Virus record (IMG/VR): IMGVR_UViG_3300046535_002009
Span: 1 to 64,000 of that record
DNA: 64,000 nt
From: a virus
Reading direction: 5' to 3' (one strand)
Shown piece after piece: positions 56,089 to 64,000 of this stretch. Both the position numbers and the translations under genes were made by a program. How positions within the stretch are numbered: position 1 is the stretch's first letter; the number at the start of each line of letters is the position of its first letter. The notes under the pieces were generated by a model. The model had not been told where the DNA came from. It searched no databases and worked only from the letters and a program-made list of their open reading frames with translations.

Positions 56089-57369
56089 TCAGCCTGCCCG
56101 CTCCTCGCTGAGGATCTCGGAGTACCGGCCGTGGACGCCGAAGCCTCGCAGGAGCGGACCCACCATGCGGTTGACGACGCCGCCCGGCGCGGTGGCGAGT
56201 TCGGCCCGGGTGGCCGCGGTGGCCTGGTGGTAATCGTCGCGGTCGTATCGAGACGGGTAGCTCGTTCCCCAGGACTGCATCATCGAGTAGGGCACGCGTC
56301 CCTTGAGCCGGGACGCGCCGACGGCGAAGGACCAGGCTCCCTGGTGTCCGGTGATGTCGGCGACCTCCTCGACGACGGCAACGAGCCGTCGAGCGAGAGA
56401 GGGCGCAGCAGCGTCGAGGACGACCTGCTGCCCGCCTGCTCGGTCCATGTGGTCCGAGAACCGGCTGAAGTACAGCCGGAGACCGCCGTCCTCGAACACC
56501 TGCAGCTCGACGACGTCCTCGTCCTCCGCCCGCTCGGGCTGCCAGATTCGGCCTTGCCCGAGGTTCGGCGTGGCCCTGGCGACGCCGCCGGAGCGCCGGA
56601 AGCTGTTGCTTGCGTGGAGCAGCTCCGGGTGCACTTCGTTGCCCTGGAGCACCTGGTTCACCTCGGGGGTGTAGGACTTCTGGACCAGGTGCGCGAGCTT
56701 GAGGTTCCAGTCGGGTGCGCTGGTGAAGTCGAGCAGCATGTCTCGCCTCCCGGCGATGGGCTGCGCAACGAGGAACAGGTGTGACTGCTCGCCGATGTCG
56801 CCGAGGGGATCGCGCTTCATCTCGTCGCTGAGGATGGCCAGGACGTCCTCGTCCGTTGAGCGGCGTCGGGCGTGGAGGCGTGCGACGTCCGGGTCCCTGA
56901 GGATGTGCTTGGTCGTGTCGCCGCGCCCGTGGTACTTGCCGTCCACCATGTGCGGTGCCTGGGGGCTCATCGGCACGTGGACCACGAGGTACCCGTGGGA
57001 GGTGTCTGCGTTGCTGGGGATCGGCTTGATGACGACGCTGATCGGGGGGTCGGGTATCGATCGGGCAACCTGGTCGACTCGCTCGGCGAGGCCCCCGAGG
57101 GGCTGCGGTGCGAGGCTGAAGGTGCGGGCGGACTTGTCCTCGTCGATGCCGATGAGCAGGGTGCCGCCCTCGTTGGCGAAGGAGGCGAGATCGCGTGCCA
57201 GCTCCCGGTTGTCGCTCTTGCTGGCCAGCTCCCGCTTCGCGTCGAGGTAGCTCGACTCCTCGATGAGCCCGCCGTCGATGGCGGCCTGCAGGTCGGCTTC
57301 GGTCTGGGGAGTCCAGCGGGGGTTGTCCGGGGAGAGGTAGATCGTGGTCAAGTGCACCTCGCGCTTCAT
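56089..57369 (-). CDS. Schlafen/AlbA_2 domain protein
   Basis: EESSYLDAKREL...LARDLASFANEGGTLLIGIDED; start uncertain (57369 or 57351). Confidence 0.85.
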   Translation of the reverse strand: MKREVHLTTIYLSPDNPRWTPQTEADLQAAIDGGLIEESSYLDAKRELASKSDNRELARDLASFANEGGTLLIGIDEDKSARTFSLAPQPLGGLAERVDQVARSIPDPPISVVIKPIPSNADTSHGYLVVHVPMSPQAPHMVDGKYHGRGDTTKHILRDPDVARLHARRRSTDEDVLAILSDEMKRDPLGDIGEQSHLFLVAQPIAGRRDMLLDFTSAPDWNLKLAHLVQKSYTPEVNQVLQGNEVHPELLHASNSFRRSGGVARATPNLGQGRIWQPERAEDEDVVELQVFEDGGLRLYFSRFSDHMDRAGGQQVVLDAAAPSLARRLVAVVEEVADITGHQGAWSFAVGASRLKGRVPYSMMQSWGTSYPSRYDRDDYHQATAATRAELATAPGGVVNRMVGPLLRGFGVHGRYSEILSEERAG

Positions 57370-57500
57370 GTCGCCGCTGCTGCGTCCTTGCAGCAGTGCG
57401 AGTATGCGCCGGAGGTCCGACAGATCGCGCTCCAATATCCGTACGGAACGCGTCCGAGGTCAGCCAGCCTCGGCGGCCGCGCGGCTTAATGCCCGCGGCG

Positions 57501-57746
57501 TCACGGCGCAGCATCAATCGGCGCCTGCTGCTCTTCTGGTGGCGTGCTCTCCTGCTTGGCGGCGGCCAGCAGCGCGGCCTCCAGCTGCTCAACGCGCTGC
57601 TGCAACTCGGCGCTGCGGCGGCGGGCTTGGCCGAGTTCGTTCTCGAGGGTGGTGCGGTCCTGTTCCGCGCGGTGGCAGCGGTCGGCGAGCTGCCGCTCGT
57701 ACGCGCCCGGGCCGCCCGGCTGCGGCAGGTACATCGCGTTCGTCAT
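57501..57746 (-). CDS. Coiled-coil hypothetical protein
   Basis: GAGGAG RBS. Confidence 0.55.
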   Translation of the reverse strand: MTNAMYLPQPGGPGAYERQLADRCHRAEQDRTTLENELGQARRRSAELQQRVEQLEAALLAAAKQESTPPEEQQAPIDAAP

Positions 57747-57940
57747 CTGTGGGCACTCCTCGAGGAGCGGGACTTCTTGGCGCGGGGCTGGACCCGCCCC
57801 CGGGGCGGATCGGCGGCCGGTGTGGGCGGGGCCGGGCGGCACTGGTTCTCGTCGAGGCAGCAGCAGTCGCCCCGGTCCCGGAAGCAGCAGACAGGCAGCG
57901 CGGGGTCGCAGGCACCCGGGTGGTCGTGGCGATGGCTCAT
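57743..57940 (-). CDS. Small Cys-rich protein
   Basis: Coupled ORF. Confidence 0.45.
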   Translation of the reverse strand: MSHRHDHPGACDPALPVCCFRDRGDCCCLDENQCRPAPPTPAADPPRGRVQPRAKKSRSSRSAHR

Positions 57941-58140
57941 CCGGTCTGCGCCGCGTTGCAGTTCCCGCCGTCCGCGTAGCCCCAGGAGTGTCCGAGCGGG
58001 AGCTCCTCGTGGGGGCGGCCGCACCCGGGGCACAGCCAGGTGCCGGCCGCGTGCTGCGCCTCGGCCTGTCGGAACGCAGCCGTCTGCCGGAGCACGCTGT
58101 CCGACAGCGGGTCGCGCGGCTGTACATGCTCGTGATCCAT
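57937..58140 (-). CDS. Small hypothetical protein
   Basis: CPGCGRPH. Confidence 0.5.
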   Translation of the reverse strand: MDHEHVQPRDPLSDSVLRQTAAFRQAEAQHAAGTWLCPGCGRPHEELPLGHSWGYADGGNCNAAQTG

Positions 58141-58542
58141 CCCGGCCAGGAGGCAGCTGAGGATCGGGCAGCGTGCCCTCTGCGGGTACCCGCTCAAGGC
58201 TGAGCCTCCTTCTTCTCGGCCGCGGCGGCGCGTCGGGACCGTGTGGCCGCAGCACCGCGCTGGCGGCGCAGCCGGCCAATGCCGGACCGTAGCGTCGCCG
58301 CTTCCTCGGGGGTGAGCTGGTAGAGCTCGGCCCGGTCGACGAGTCGGTCCACCGCGTCGTCGTCGGGCACGGGCTGGCGGCGGGTCACGGCGCGGCCGGG
58401 GCGGGCCTGGACGGCATCTCGTACAGGGCCTCGGTCGATTCCGGGTGCTGGATCTCGTCGATGAGGTGGTCCTGCTCCGGGTTGCCGGTGTGCGGGAGCT
58501 CGGTGACAGCGCGGCTGTGGGCGTCGTCGTACTGCTGCTGGG

Positions 58543-58785
58543 TCACGGAAGGGTCCTCTCGGTGGTCTGGGTGAAGGTCTGGGTCTGGCCGAGCGGGCCA
58601 AGCCAGGCGAGGAGGCTGACAAGGGTGTCGGCGTTGACGCCGACCAGGTCCTGACGAAGCTCGGCGAACAGGCTGGAGGCGACTCCGGTCTCCCGGGCGA
58701 CGGCCCGCCAGGAGATCCCTCGCTGCTCCCGGCGGGTGTCGAGGGCCTGCCACAGGGCACGCCGGTCCAGGCGGTGGCTCGTCAT
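58543..58785 (-). CDS. XRE-like HTH protein
   Basis: RREQRGISWRAVARETGVASS. Confidence 0.75.
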   Translation of the reverse strand: MTSHRLDRRALWQALDTRREQRGISWRAVARETGVASSLFAELRQDLVGVNADTLVSLLAWLGPLGQTQTFTQTTERTLP

Positions 58786-59159
58786 ACCGGACGTCCGCTG
58801 GGGTGGGCGGCGCGGCGTCGGATGCGGCAGGCGCCTTCCCGTGAGCAGACCATGGTGGGCTCGGCATGGTGGCCGGGGTCGAGGCGCCGGAACTGGCTGA
58901 TGCCGACGCGGCCGCAGCGGGCGCAGGTCCGCTCGTTGGCCTTCTCCGGGAGGTACTCGATCGCGTAGGCGGGGTGGGTGGTGAGGATCCGGCGTTCGCC
59001 GTCGAGTTGGATCCGCAGGTGGCTTTCGTGGAAGCCGACGATCGTGCCGAGCTGACGGCCGGCGCGAGGGTTGCCGCTGTAGGCGACGCGCCGGTACCGC
59101 TCGACCAGCGGCAGGTTGTAGGTGGCCCTGATCCACGCGGCGGAGCTGGCGGCGCTCAC
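58782..59159 (-). CDS. Hypothetical phage protein
   Basis: WIRATYNLP...LRIQLDG...HP. Confidence 0.65.
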   Translation of the reverse strand: MSAASSAAWIRATYNLPLVERYRRVAYSGNPRAGRQLGTIVGFHESHLRIQLDGERRILTTHPAYAIEYLPEKANERTCARCGRVGISQFRRLDPGHHAEPTMVCSREGACRIRRRAAHPSGRPV

Positions 59160-59450
59160 CGGCGGACCCTCTCGCCCCGGCGGCTGGCGGCGTTGCGGAC
59201 GGAGCGTTCGGCATCGCGCAGGACCGTGGTGCGCCACCACCAGGACCAGGCGGCAGCCATCGCGCGCTCGGTGTGCCGGTCCGCGAGGTACAGCAGGCCG
59301 AGGAGCGCCCAGACCGCAACCGTCAGCAGGAGCAGCTCGGTGAGGGTCACCGCTCGTCCTCGCGGGTTCCGACGCGGGCCGCGCCAAGGAGAACGGCCAG
59401 GGCGATGACGGCGAGCACGATAACGACGGCGACGCACAGGACGGCCTTGA

Positions 59451-60308
59451 TCATGACGGGTTCACCTCGTAGGAGAGGACCAGGTCGGCGCCGTCCTGGG
59501 CCATGGTGACGACGGCCGGGTTGACGCCGTGGGCCGCCGCAGCCCGGGACGCGGTCCGGGTCAGCGCGGGGAAGTCCCGGACCGGGACGGGCAACGGCAC
59601 GCGCAGCTGCACGGTGACCGTGTGCGGCGGGGCGTCCGGCTCGGCGTCGTCGCCGAGGTCCGGCGGCAGGTAGGTCCGGCCGCGGTTGTAGTGCGGGATC
59701 GGGTCCGGCATGGGGATCACCACGCGGGAGTCGCGGTCGAGTTCGTTGCCGTCCGCGTCGTAGAAGGTCGCCCGGTCCTGCTCGTGGCGCTCACGCCACG
59801 CGATCAGGTCGACCTCGGCCAGGCCGGCCGGCGCGGTCTCGCCGCCGTACCAGTCCTCGGTGATGCCCGCGGCGCGGAGCTCCGTCCCGTCCATCTCGCC
59901 GACGAGGACCTCCCGGCCGGCGATCACGTCGTAGGCCTCGGGCTGCGGCAGGTGCCGGTAGGCGGCCACCAGCTGCTCCAGGCACTCGACGAACTGGAGC
60001 TGCCAGTCGATCGGCATGGACTGGGCGAGAGTGCGGGGCACGACGAAGTGCGTGCTGTAGGAGAGGCCGGCGTGCGCGTGGACGGGCCCGTCCGTGTGGT
60101 TGCGCGGTGGCATGGTGGGTCCTCGGAGGGGCTGGGGTGGGCGGGAGCCGCTGGCGGTCTCGGGGAGCGCAGGCCGGCCAACGATCTGGCGCCGTGCCCG
60201 TTCAGCGGCTGCACGCAGCGCGTCGTTGGCCGTTCCGGGCGTGACCGAGTCCGCGAGCAGGTGGTCGAAGTGCTCCGGGCTGACCGTGGTCACCTCTGGG
60301 TCGGTCAC
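59451..60308 (-). CDS. Hypothetical phage protein (start may be 60113)
   Basis: GLSYSTHFVVPRTLAQSMPIDWQ, PIPHYNRGRT. Confidence 0.65.
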   Translation of the reverse strand: MTDPEVTTVSPEHFDHLLADSVTPGTANDALRAAAERARRQIVGRPALPETASGSRPPQPLRGPTMPPRNHTDGPVHAHAGLSYSTHFVVPRTLAQSMPIDWQLQFVECLEQLVAAYRHLPQPEAYDVIAGREVLVGEMDGTELRAAGITEDWYGGETAPAGLAEVDLIAWRERHEQDRATFYDADGNELDRDSRVVIPMPDPIPHYNRGRTYLPPDLGDDAEPDAPPHTVTVQLRVPLPVPVRDFPALTRTASRAAAAHGVNPAVVTMAQDGADLVLSYEVNPS

Positions 60309-60700
60309 GGCTGGGGTTCCTCGGGGAACAGCTCGGCCGCCCGGGCGTGCGGGCAGGTCGCCTCGGTGTAGAACCAGAAGTGCGCCTGGCAGTAGCCGTG
60401 ATGGTCGTGCCGGCAGGGATCCGGGTCGCGCAGCTCATCGATAAGTTCGCGGAGTTGGTCGCCGTCCCAGACGACTCGGGTCCGGCCGTCGTGGCCGTGC
60501 ACACGGATGGCGTCCTCGATCGAATTCCACAGCACGGTGGACGCCGTGCTGGTGCTCCAGCGCAGAGCGACGGTGCCGTCGGGAAACTGGATGCCGTGGG
60601 CGACGGGCCCGGTGCCGGAGACGCCAGTGACGTCCTCGTCGCGCTGGAGGGTGAACAGGCGGCCGGTGGGCCGGGGTTCAGTGGTGGGCTGGTCGGGCAT
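60305..60700 (-). CDS. Conserved hypothetical phage protein
   Basis: FTLQRDEDVTGVSGTG...FPDG...HGHDGRT. Confidence 0.75.
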   Translation of the reverse strand: MPDQPTTEPRPTGRLFTLQRDEDVTGVSGTGPVAHGIQFPDGTVALRWSTSTASTVLWNSIEDAIRVHGHDGRTRVVWDGDQLRELIDELRDPDPCRHDHHGYCQAHFWFYTEATCPHARAAELFPEEPQP

Positions 60701-60717
60701 GGGTGGTTCTCCCGGGG

Positions 60718-60951
60718 TCAAGCCGCAGCGGCGTTCAGGCCGCAGGCGGCGAGGAGTTCGTCGACCTCGTCGTCGCTGAGGTCGGGGCGGGTGATGTCGT
60801 CGAGGCCGTCGCCGATGCCGTTGGCGATCTGGCGCCATCGGTCGGCCTTGTCCGGGTCGCGTCGCTCGCAGCGGTCCGCGGCGGTCAAGAGGATGTCGAC
60901 GAGGTCGGCGGCGTCGGCCGTGGTGTCGAGGTGAAGTTCGAGGCGGAGCAT
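60718..60951 (-). CDS. Hypothetical protein
   Basis: GGAGG RBS. Confidence 0.65.
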   Translation of the reverse strand: MLRLELHLDTTADAADLVDILLTAADRCERRDPDKADRWRQIANGIGDGLDDITRPDLSDDEVDELLAACGLNAAAA

Positions 60952-61076
60952 GGCGGCCTCCGGTGAGCGGGTGGGACGGCGCGGGCGGGCGGCCGGGGCC
61001 GGTGCGGAGGGCGCTCGAATCATCGTGCGCCTGATCCGCCGGAAGGCCCAGGGACGGATGCGCGTAGTAGCACCTA

Positions 61077-61115
61077 CGGGTGGCCAGCCGGGAAAGGTAT
61101 CCGGCTGGCCACCCG
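61077..61115 (-). terminator. Hairpin
   Basis: CGGGTGGCCAGCCGG-N9-CCGGCTGGCCACCCG, 15-bp stem. Confidence 0.65.
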
Positions 61116-61145
61116 GGTGTTCCGAAATTCGGACACCTGGGCCGG

Positions 61146-62153
61146 TCATGAACCGCCGTAGGCGCCGAGGACAGTGACGGGGACGACGCGGAACCCGGTG
61201 CTGCTCTCGCCGTTGTCGGCCTTGACCCACATGACCCAACGGTCGGGGTCCTCCTGGTCCTCGTACCAGGTGTAGTCGGTGCCGTCGCCGTGCTCGGCCC
61301 GGTGGTCGTCGCGGCAGTGCGCCTGGGCGTCCTCTCGGGCGGTGTAGGTGTCGAGCGGGATCCCGCCGCGCTCGGCGCGCCATACGGTGACCGCGAGCCC
61401 GTCGACGTCGAGTCTCAGGGCGGCGGCGATGGTGGCCGCGAGCTTCGTCGCTTCGTCCTCGTCCATCGCGAGGACGATGGTCCGGCCGTCGAGGAGGCGC
61501 AGCGGCGCGTGCAGGGACGCTCCGAGCTCGGTCTCGGGCCACTGCAGCTCACCGGTCCAGCGAGCGGTCACCGGGGCGCTGACCGTGTCCGGGGCGGCCT
61601 GGCGCTGCGCCTGGTGGGCGAGCTGCCGGTGGAGGATGTCGACCTCGTTGAGGAGGTCGGCGATCGCGGCCTCGGCCAGGGAGTTGGCCACGTACTCCGG
61701 GACCTGCCCCGAGTAGAGGCGATCCAGGCGGGCGCGGGCGTTCGCCTCGGCCCGCTCGATGAGTTCGGCCCGGGTGCGCCGCTCCCCCGTGTCGAGGCGG
61801 GCGCGCTCCTCGCGTAGCTTGTCGACGATCTCGCGCTCCATGGCGACGCTGAGTCGGGCCGTGTGCCGGCCGTGCGAGAGGTAGCCGACGAGGGTGTCCT
61901 TCTTCTGGTGGAAGTAGAAGCGCTTGCCCTCGTGGTCGGCGATGCGGTCCCAGGCGTTGCGCTGCTCGTCGGGAACGTCGCCGTGCCAGAACAGGTCGCG
62001 GTGGTGGTGCTCGCGGCGGGCGACGGCGCCGAGCGCCTCGCAGGCGGCCATCCAGTGCGCGGTGTCGACTGGGTGGCCGTCGGCCTGGAGCTGGGCGGCA
62101 CGGGCGGCGAGGCCGGCCGGGGTGGGCAGGTACTCGGGGGCTTCGGTGTCCAT
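61146..62153 (-). CDS. Hypothetical protein
   Basis: GGAAGG RBS; long ORF. Confidence 0.75.
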   Translation of the reverse strand: MDTEAPEYLPTPAGLAARAAQLQADGHPVDTAHWMAACEALGAVARREHHHRDLFWHGDVPDEQRNAWDRIADHEGKRFYFHQKKDTLVGYLSHGRHTARLSVAMEREIVDKLREERARLDTGERRTRAELIERAEANARARLDRLYSGQVPEYVANSLAEAAIADLLNEVDILHRQLAHQAQRQAAPDTVSAPVTARWTGELQWPETELGASLHAPLRLLDGRTIVLAMDEDEATKLAATIAAALRLDVDGLAVTVWRAERGGIPLDTYTAREDAQAHCRDDHRAEHGDGTDYTWYEDQEDPDRWVMWVKADNGESSTGFRVVPVTVLGAYGGS

Positions 62154-62226
62154 GGGTGGTGCCTTCCTGATGGGCCCGCCCCGGCGGGGTGCCGGGGCGG
62201 GCGGTGGCGGTGGTTCGCGTGGGTGG

Positions 62227-62472
62227 TCAGCCGGCGTGGGCCGTGCGGCCGGCTGCCTGGTTCCACTCGGCGAAGGCCTTCCTCTGCATGCCGGCCGAGT
62301 CGTACGCGGCCATGGCGGTTGCTGCTGCCGCAGCGAGGGTGGCGTGCACCTGTGCGGCGGCGATGAGCCGGTCCGCCTCCGGGTTGGTCCCCTCGTAGGT
62401 GGTCGCCTTGCTCGCGAATGCGAGCTGGACGAGCTGCTCAGCTTCGGAGTAGTGCTCGGGCCCGGTGGCCAT
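62227..62472 (-). CDS. Hypothetical phage protein
   Basis: TGPEHYSEAE...AQVHATLA. Confidence 0.7.
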   Translation of the reverse strand: MATGPEHYSEAEQLVQLAFASKATTYEGTNPEADRLIAAAQVHATLAAAAATAMAAYDSAGMQRKAFAEWNQAAGRTAHAG

Positions 62473-62717
62473 CAGGTGTTGTCCTTCGGGGTGGTGAAGC
62501 GGGGCGGGGTGCCGGCGGCCGCCCGGAGGGCGTCGACTCGGGCGGCGAGCCGCAGGATGTGGAGGGCATTGCGGGTGAGTGCCTGAGCCGGGGCCTCGAC
62601 GGGTTCGCGGCGGACGATCCCGGCGGCGAACTTCTGGGTCTGGCTGGCGACGGCCATCGCGGCGCGGGCGAGGTCGTTCTCGGCGCGCTCGACAGCCGCG
62701 GTCAGGTCGGTGCTCAC
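62472..62717 (-). CDS. Hypothetical protein
   Basis: Coupled ORF. Confidence 0.55.
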   Translation of the reverse strand: MSTDLTAAVERAENDLARAAMAVASQTQKFAAGIVRREPVEAPAQALTRNALHILRLAARVDALRAAAGTPPRFTTPKDNT

Positions 62718-63229
62718 TCGGGCCGCCCGGTGTCCGGCGCCTCGGTGGTGGGGCGCAGCTGCGCCCAGGCGGCGAGGATGGCGGGCAGCGCCGGGCACCA
62801 GGCGCCGGTGTCCCACATGCCGGCGCGGTAGCTGCTGCTGGCGCAGTCCTTCGGCCAGAGACCACACGCGCACTGGTCGTCGTGGTGATAGGCGTTGAGG
62901 GCCTGGTCTGCCACGTCGCCGAGGAACTCCAGCTCGGCGCGGGTGAGGACGACCGGGTCGGGCGGGGTGGGCTGGTAGCCGTCGATGTCGGTGCCGTCGG
63001 GGTGCTGGGCGTCGACGCCGCGAGGCGACCAGCGGAGCCGGTACTCGCCGAACGGGAAGTCCGCGGTGAGTTGCTGAAGGCCTGCCGGGCCGGTGATGCC
63101 GAGGAGCCGGCCGAGGCGGCAGCGGGGGTGGCACTCGTCGGGGTGGGTGAGGGTACGGCTGACGCCGTGGTCGCTGCTGATGGCGAACCGGTGCCAGGGC
63201 CCGGCCGTGAGGTGGTCGATGTCGATCAC
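62714..63229 (-). CDS. Hypothetical protein
   Basis: Coupled ORF. Confidence 0.65.
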   Translation of the reverse strand: MIDIDHLTAGPWHRFAISSDHGVSRTLTHPDECHPRCRLGRLLGITGPAGLQQLTADFPFGEYRLRWSPRGVDAQHPDGTDIDGYQPTPPDPVVLTRAELEFLGDVADQALNAYHHDDQCACGLWPKDCASSSYRAGMWDTGAWCPALPAILAAWAQLRPTTEAPDTGRPE

Positions 63230-63546
63230 AGGTCCCAGTCCTCCGGGAGGTTGGCCGCCACCAGGTCGGTGACCCAGGCGGGATAGGTGTCGGGGTTCCA
63301 CAGCTCGCGGGTGACGGCCGAGGCGGGAAGGCCGAGTTGGCCGGAGACGAGGCGACGGCGGCCGGAGACCTTCACCCGGGCCTGGCCCGGCCGGTAGGCA
63401 GGGGGCCGGTCCTCGGGACGCAGCCACCGGTAGGTGATCTCGACGGTCTCCGGCACGACCGTGGGCGAGTACGGGACCGGCAGGTCGGGCACGTCGGTCA
63501 CCCGGAAGGTCAGCGTGCGGGTCTCCTCTGCCCGGGTGGCGCTCAC
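63226..63546 (-). CDS. Hypothetical protein (paralogue of 63543-63866)
   Basis: C-terminal PAWVTDLVAANLPEDW. Confidence 0.65.
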   Translation of the reverse strand: MSATRAEETRTLTFRVTDVPDLPVPYSPTVVPETVEITYRWLRPEDRPPAYRPGQARVKVSGRRRLVSGQLGLPASAVTRELWNPDTYPAWVTDLVAANLPEDWDL

Positions 63547-63866
63547 GCGGTCCACCACGCCGGGAGGTTGTCCTTGACAAGGTCGCCGATCCAGGCTGGC
63601 CGCTCGTCCCGGGGGACGGTGGACCAGACCTCGACGCTGTCGCCGAGAGGGCTGACAGTGCCGTCCGGGTCGCGGTAGTTGCCGCGGACGTGCACCTCGA
63701 TCAGCCGCGTGACGGCGTAGGCCTCGTGCTGCGAGTACCGGATGGTGATCCGGTTCGGGACGATGCGGTCGCGGCCGGAGGTGACGTCGGGGGCGCCGTT
63801 CGGCAGGTCGAGGAGGAGGCGCTGCTCCTCGCTGCGGGGGACGGTGGCGACGGTTGCGGTGGTCAT
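63543..63866 (-). CDS. Hypothetical protein
   Basis: C-terminal PAWIGDLVKDNLPAWW. Confidence 0.65.
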   Translation of the reverse strand: MTTATVATVPRSEEQRLLLDLPNGAPDVTSGRDRIVPNRITIRYSQHEAYAVTRLIEVHVRGNYRDPDGTVSPLGDSVEVWSTVPRDERPAWIGDLVKDNLPAWWTA

Positions 63867-64000
63867 CGTGTGTCTCTCGGGTCGGGCCGGGCCGCCCATT
63901 GCGGGGCGGCCCGGCGGCGGTCAGAGCGCGTTGTAGGCCTGGATGCGGGCGATGTCCCGGCCGGGCAGGGCGGTGGCGGGGTCGTGCGGGTCCATGCGGG

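Larger units (their letters stand above)
1..64000. mobile_element. Actinophage/prophage segment (siphovirus-like); boundaries lie outside the window
   Basis: Complete head-neck-tail-tube module, terminase, replication initiator and dense small overlapping ORFs; no housekeeping genes. Confidence 0.93.

Noticed and set aside
172-63936. Many long antisense or alternate-frame ORFs (e.g. 12195-15074 +, 7838-9571 +, 16080-17891 +, 34666-36984 +)
   Set aside because: Shadow ORFs of high-GC coding DNA; Arg/Pro/Gly-rich with no motifs
1-64000. Integrase, att sites, lysis genes, tape measure
   Set aside because: Not recognisable in this window and presumably outside it, so prophage versus free phage cannot be decided

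Overview
High-GC actinobacterial (Streptomyces/Kitasatospora-like) temperate siphophage or prophage segment. No integrase, att site or host core gene is visible. 1-15.5 kb (minus): virion morphogenesis, comprising tail tube, neck genes, HK97-type capsid, scaffold, Mu-F-like head protein, portal, TerL, two tandem TerS paralogues, a ParB-methyltransferase and a 20-aa-repeat fibre-like protein. 15.7-18.1 kb (minus): Ro60/TROVE gene preceded by three tandem Y-RNA-like ncRNAs, two with circularly permuted tRNA-like domains. 18.2-23 kb (minus): HTH and plasmid-spread-like membrane genes. 23.1-49.3 kb (mostly plus): HTH switch, replication initiator with internal palindromic iterons, and many small early genes, including a dispersed RNA end-repair set (Rnl1 ligase, nucleotidyltransferase, Pnkp, Thg1-like). 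Four intergenic sites in this arm share a TGCTG-N8-CAGCA operator. Inserted at 34.0-38.1 kb is an unusual RiPP-like cassette: a 52-aa peptide missing from the ORF track, a glutaminase-less Asn-synthetase/lasso-cyclase-like enzyme, a GNAT and a divergent XRE-helical regulator, with no lasso B1/B2 genes. 49.3-57.4 kb is a moron zone: HNH-SF2 helicase operon, lipoprotein, SOS-boxed orphan ImuA'-like gene, DUF2079-like membrane protein and Schlafen/AlbA_2 protein. 57.5-64 kb (minus): small hypothetical phage genes. All family calls come from motif recognition by eye, not database searches, and many starts were re-picked from the ORF track.
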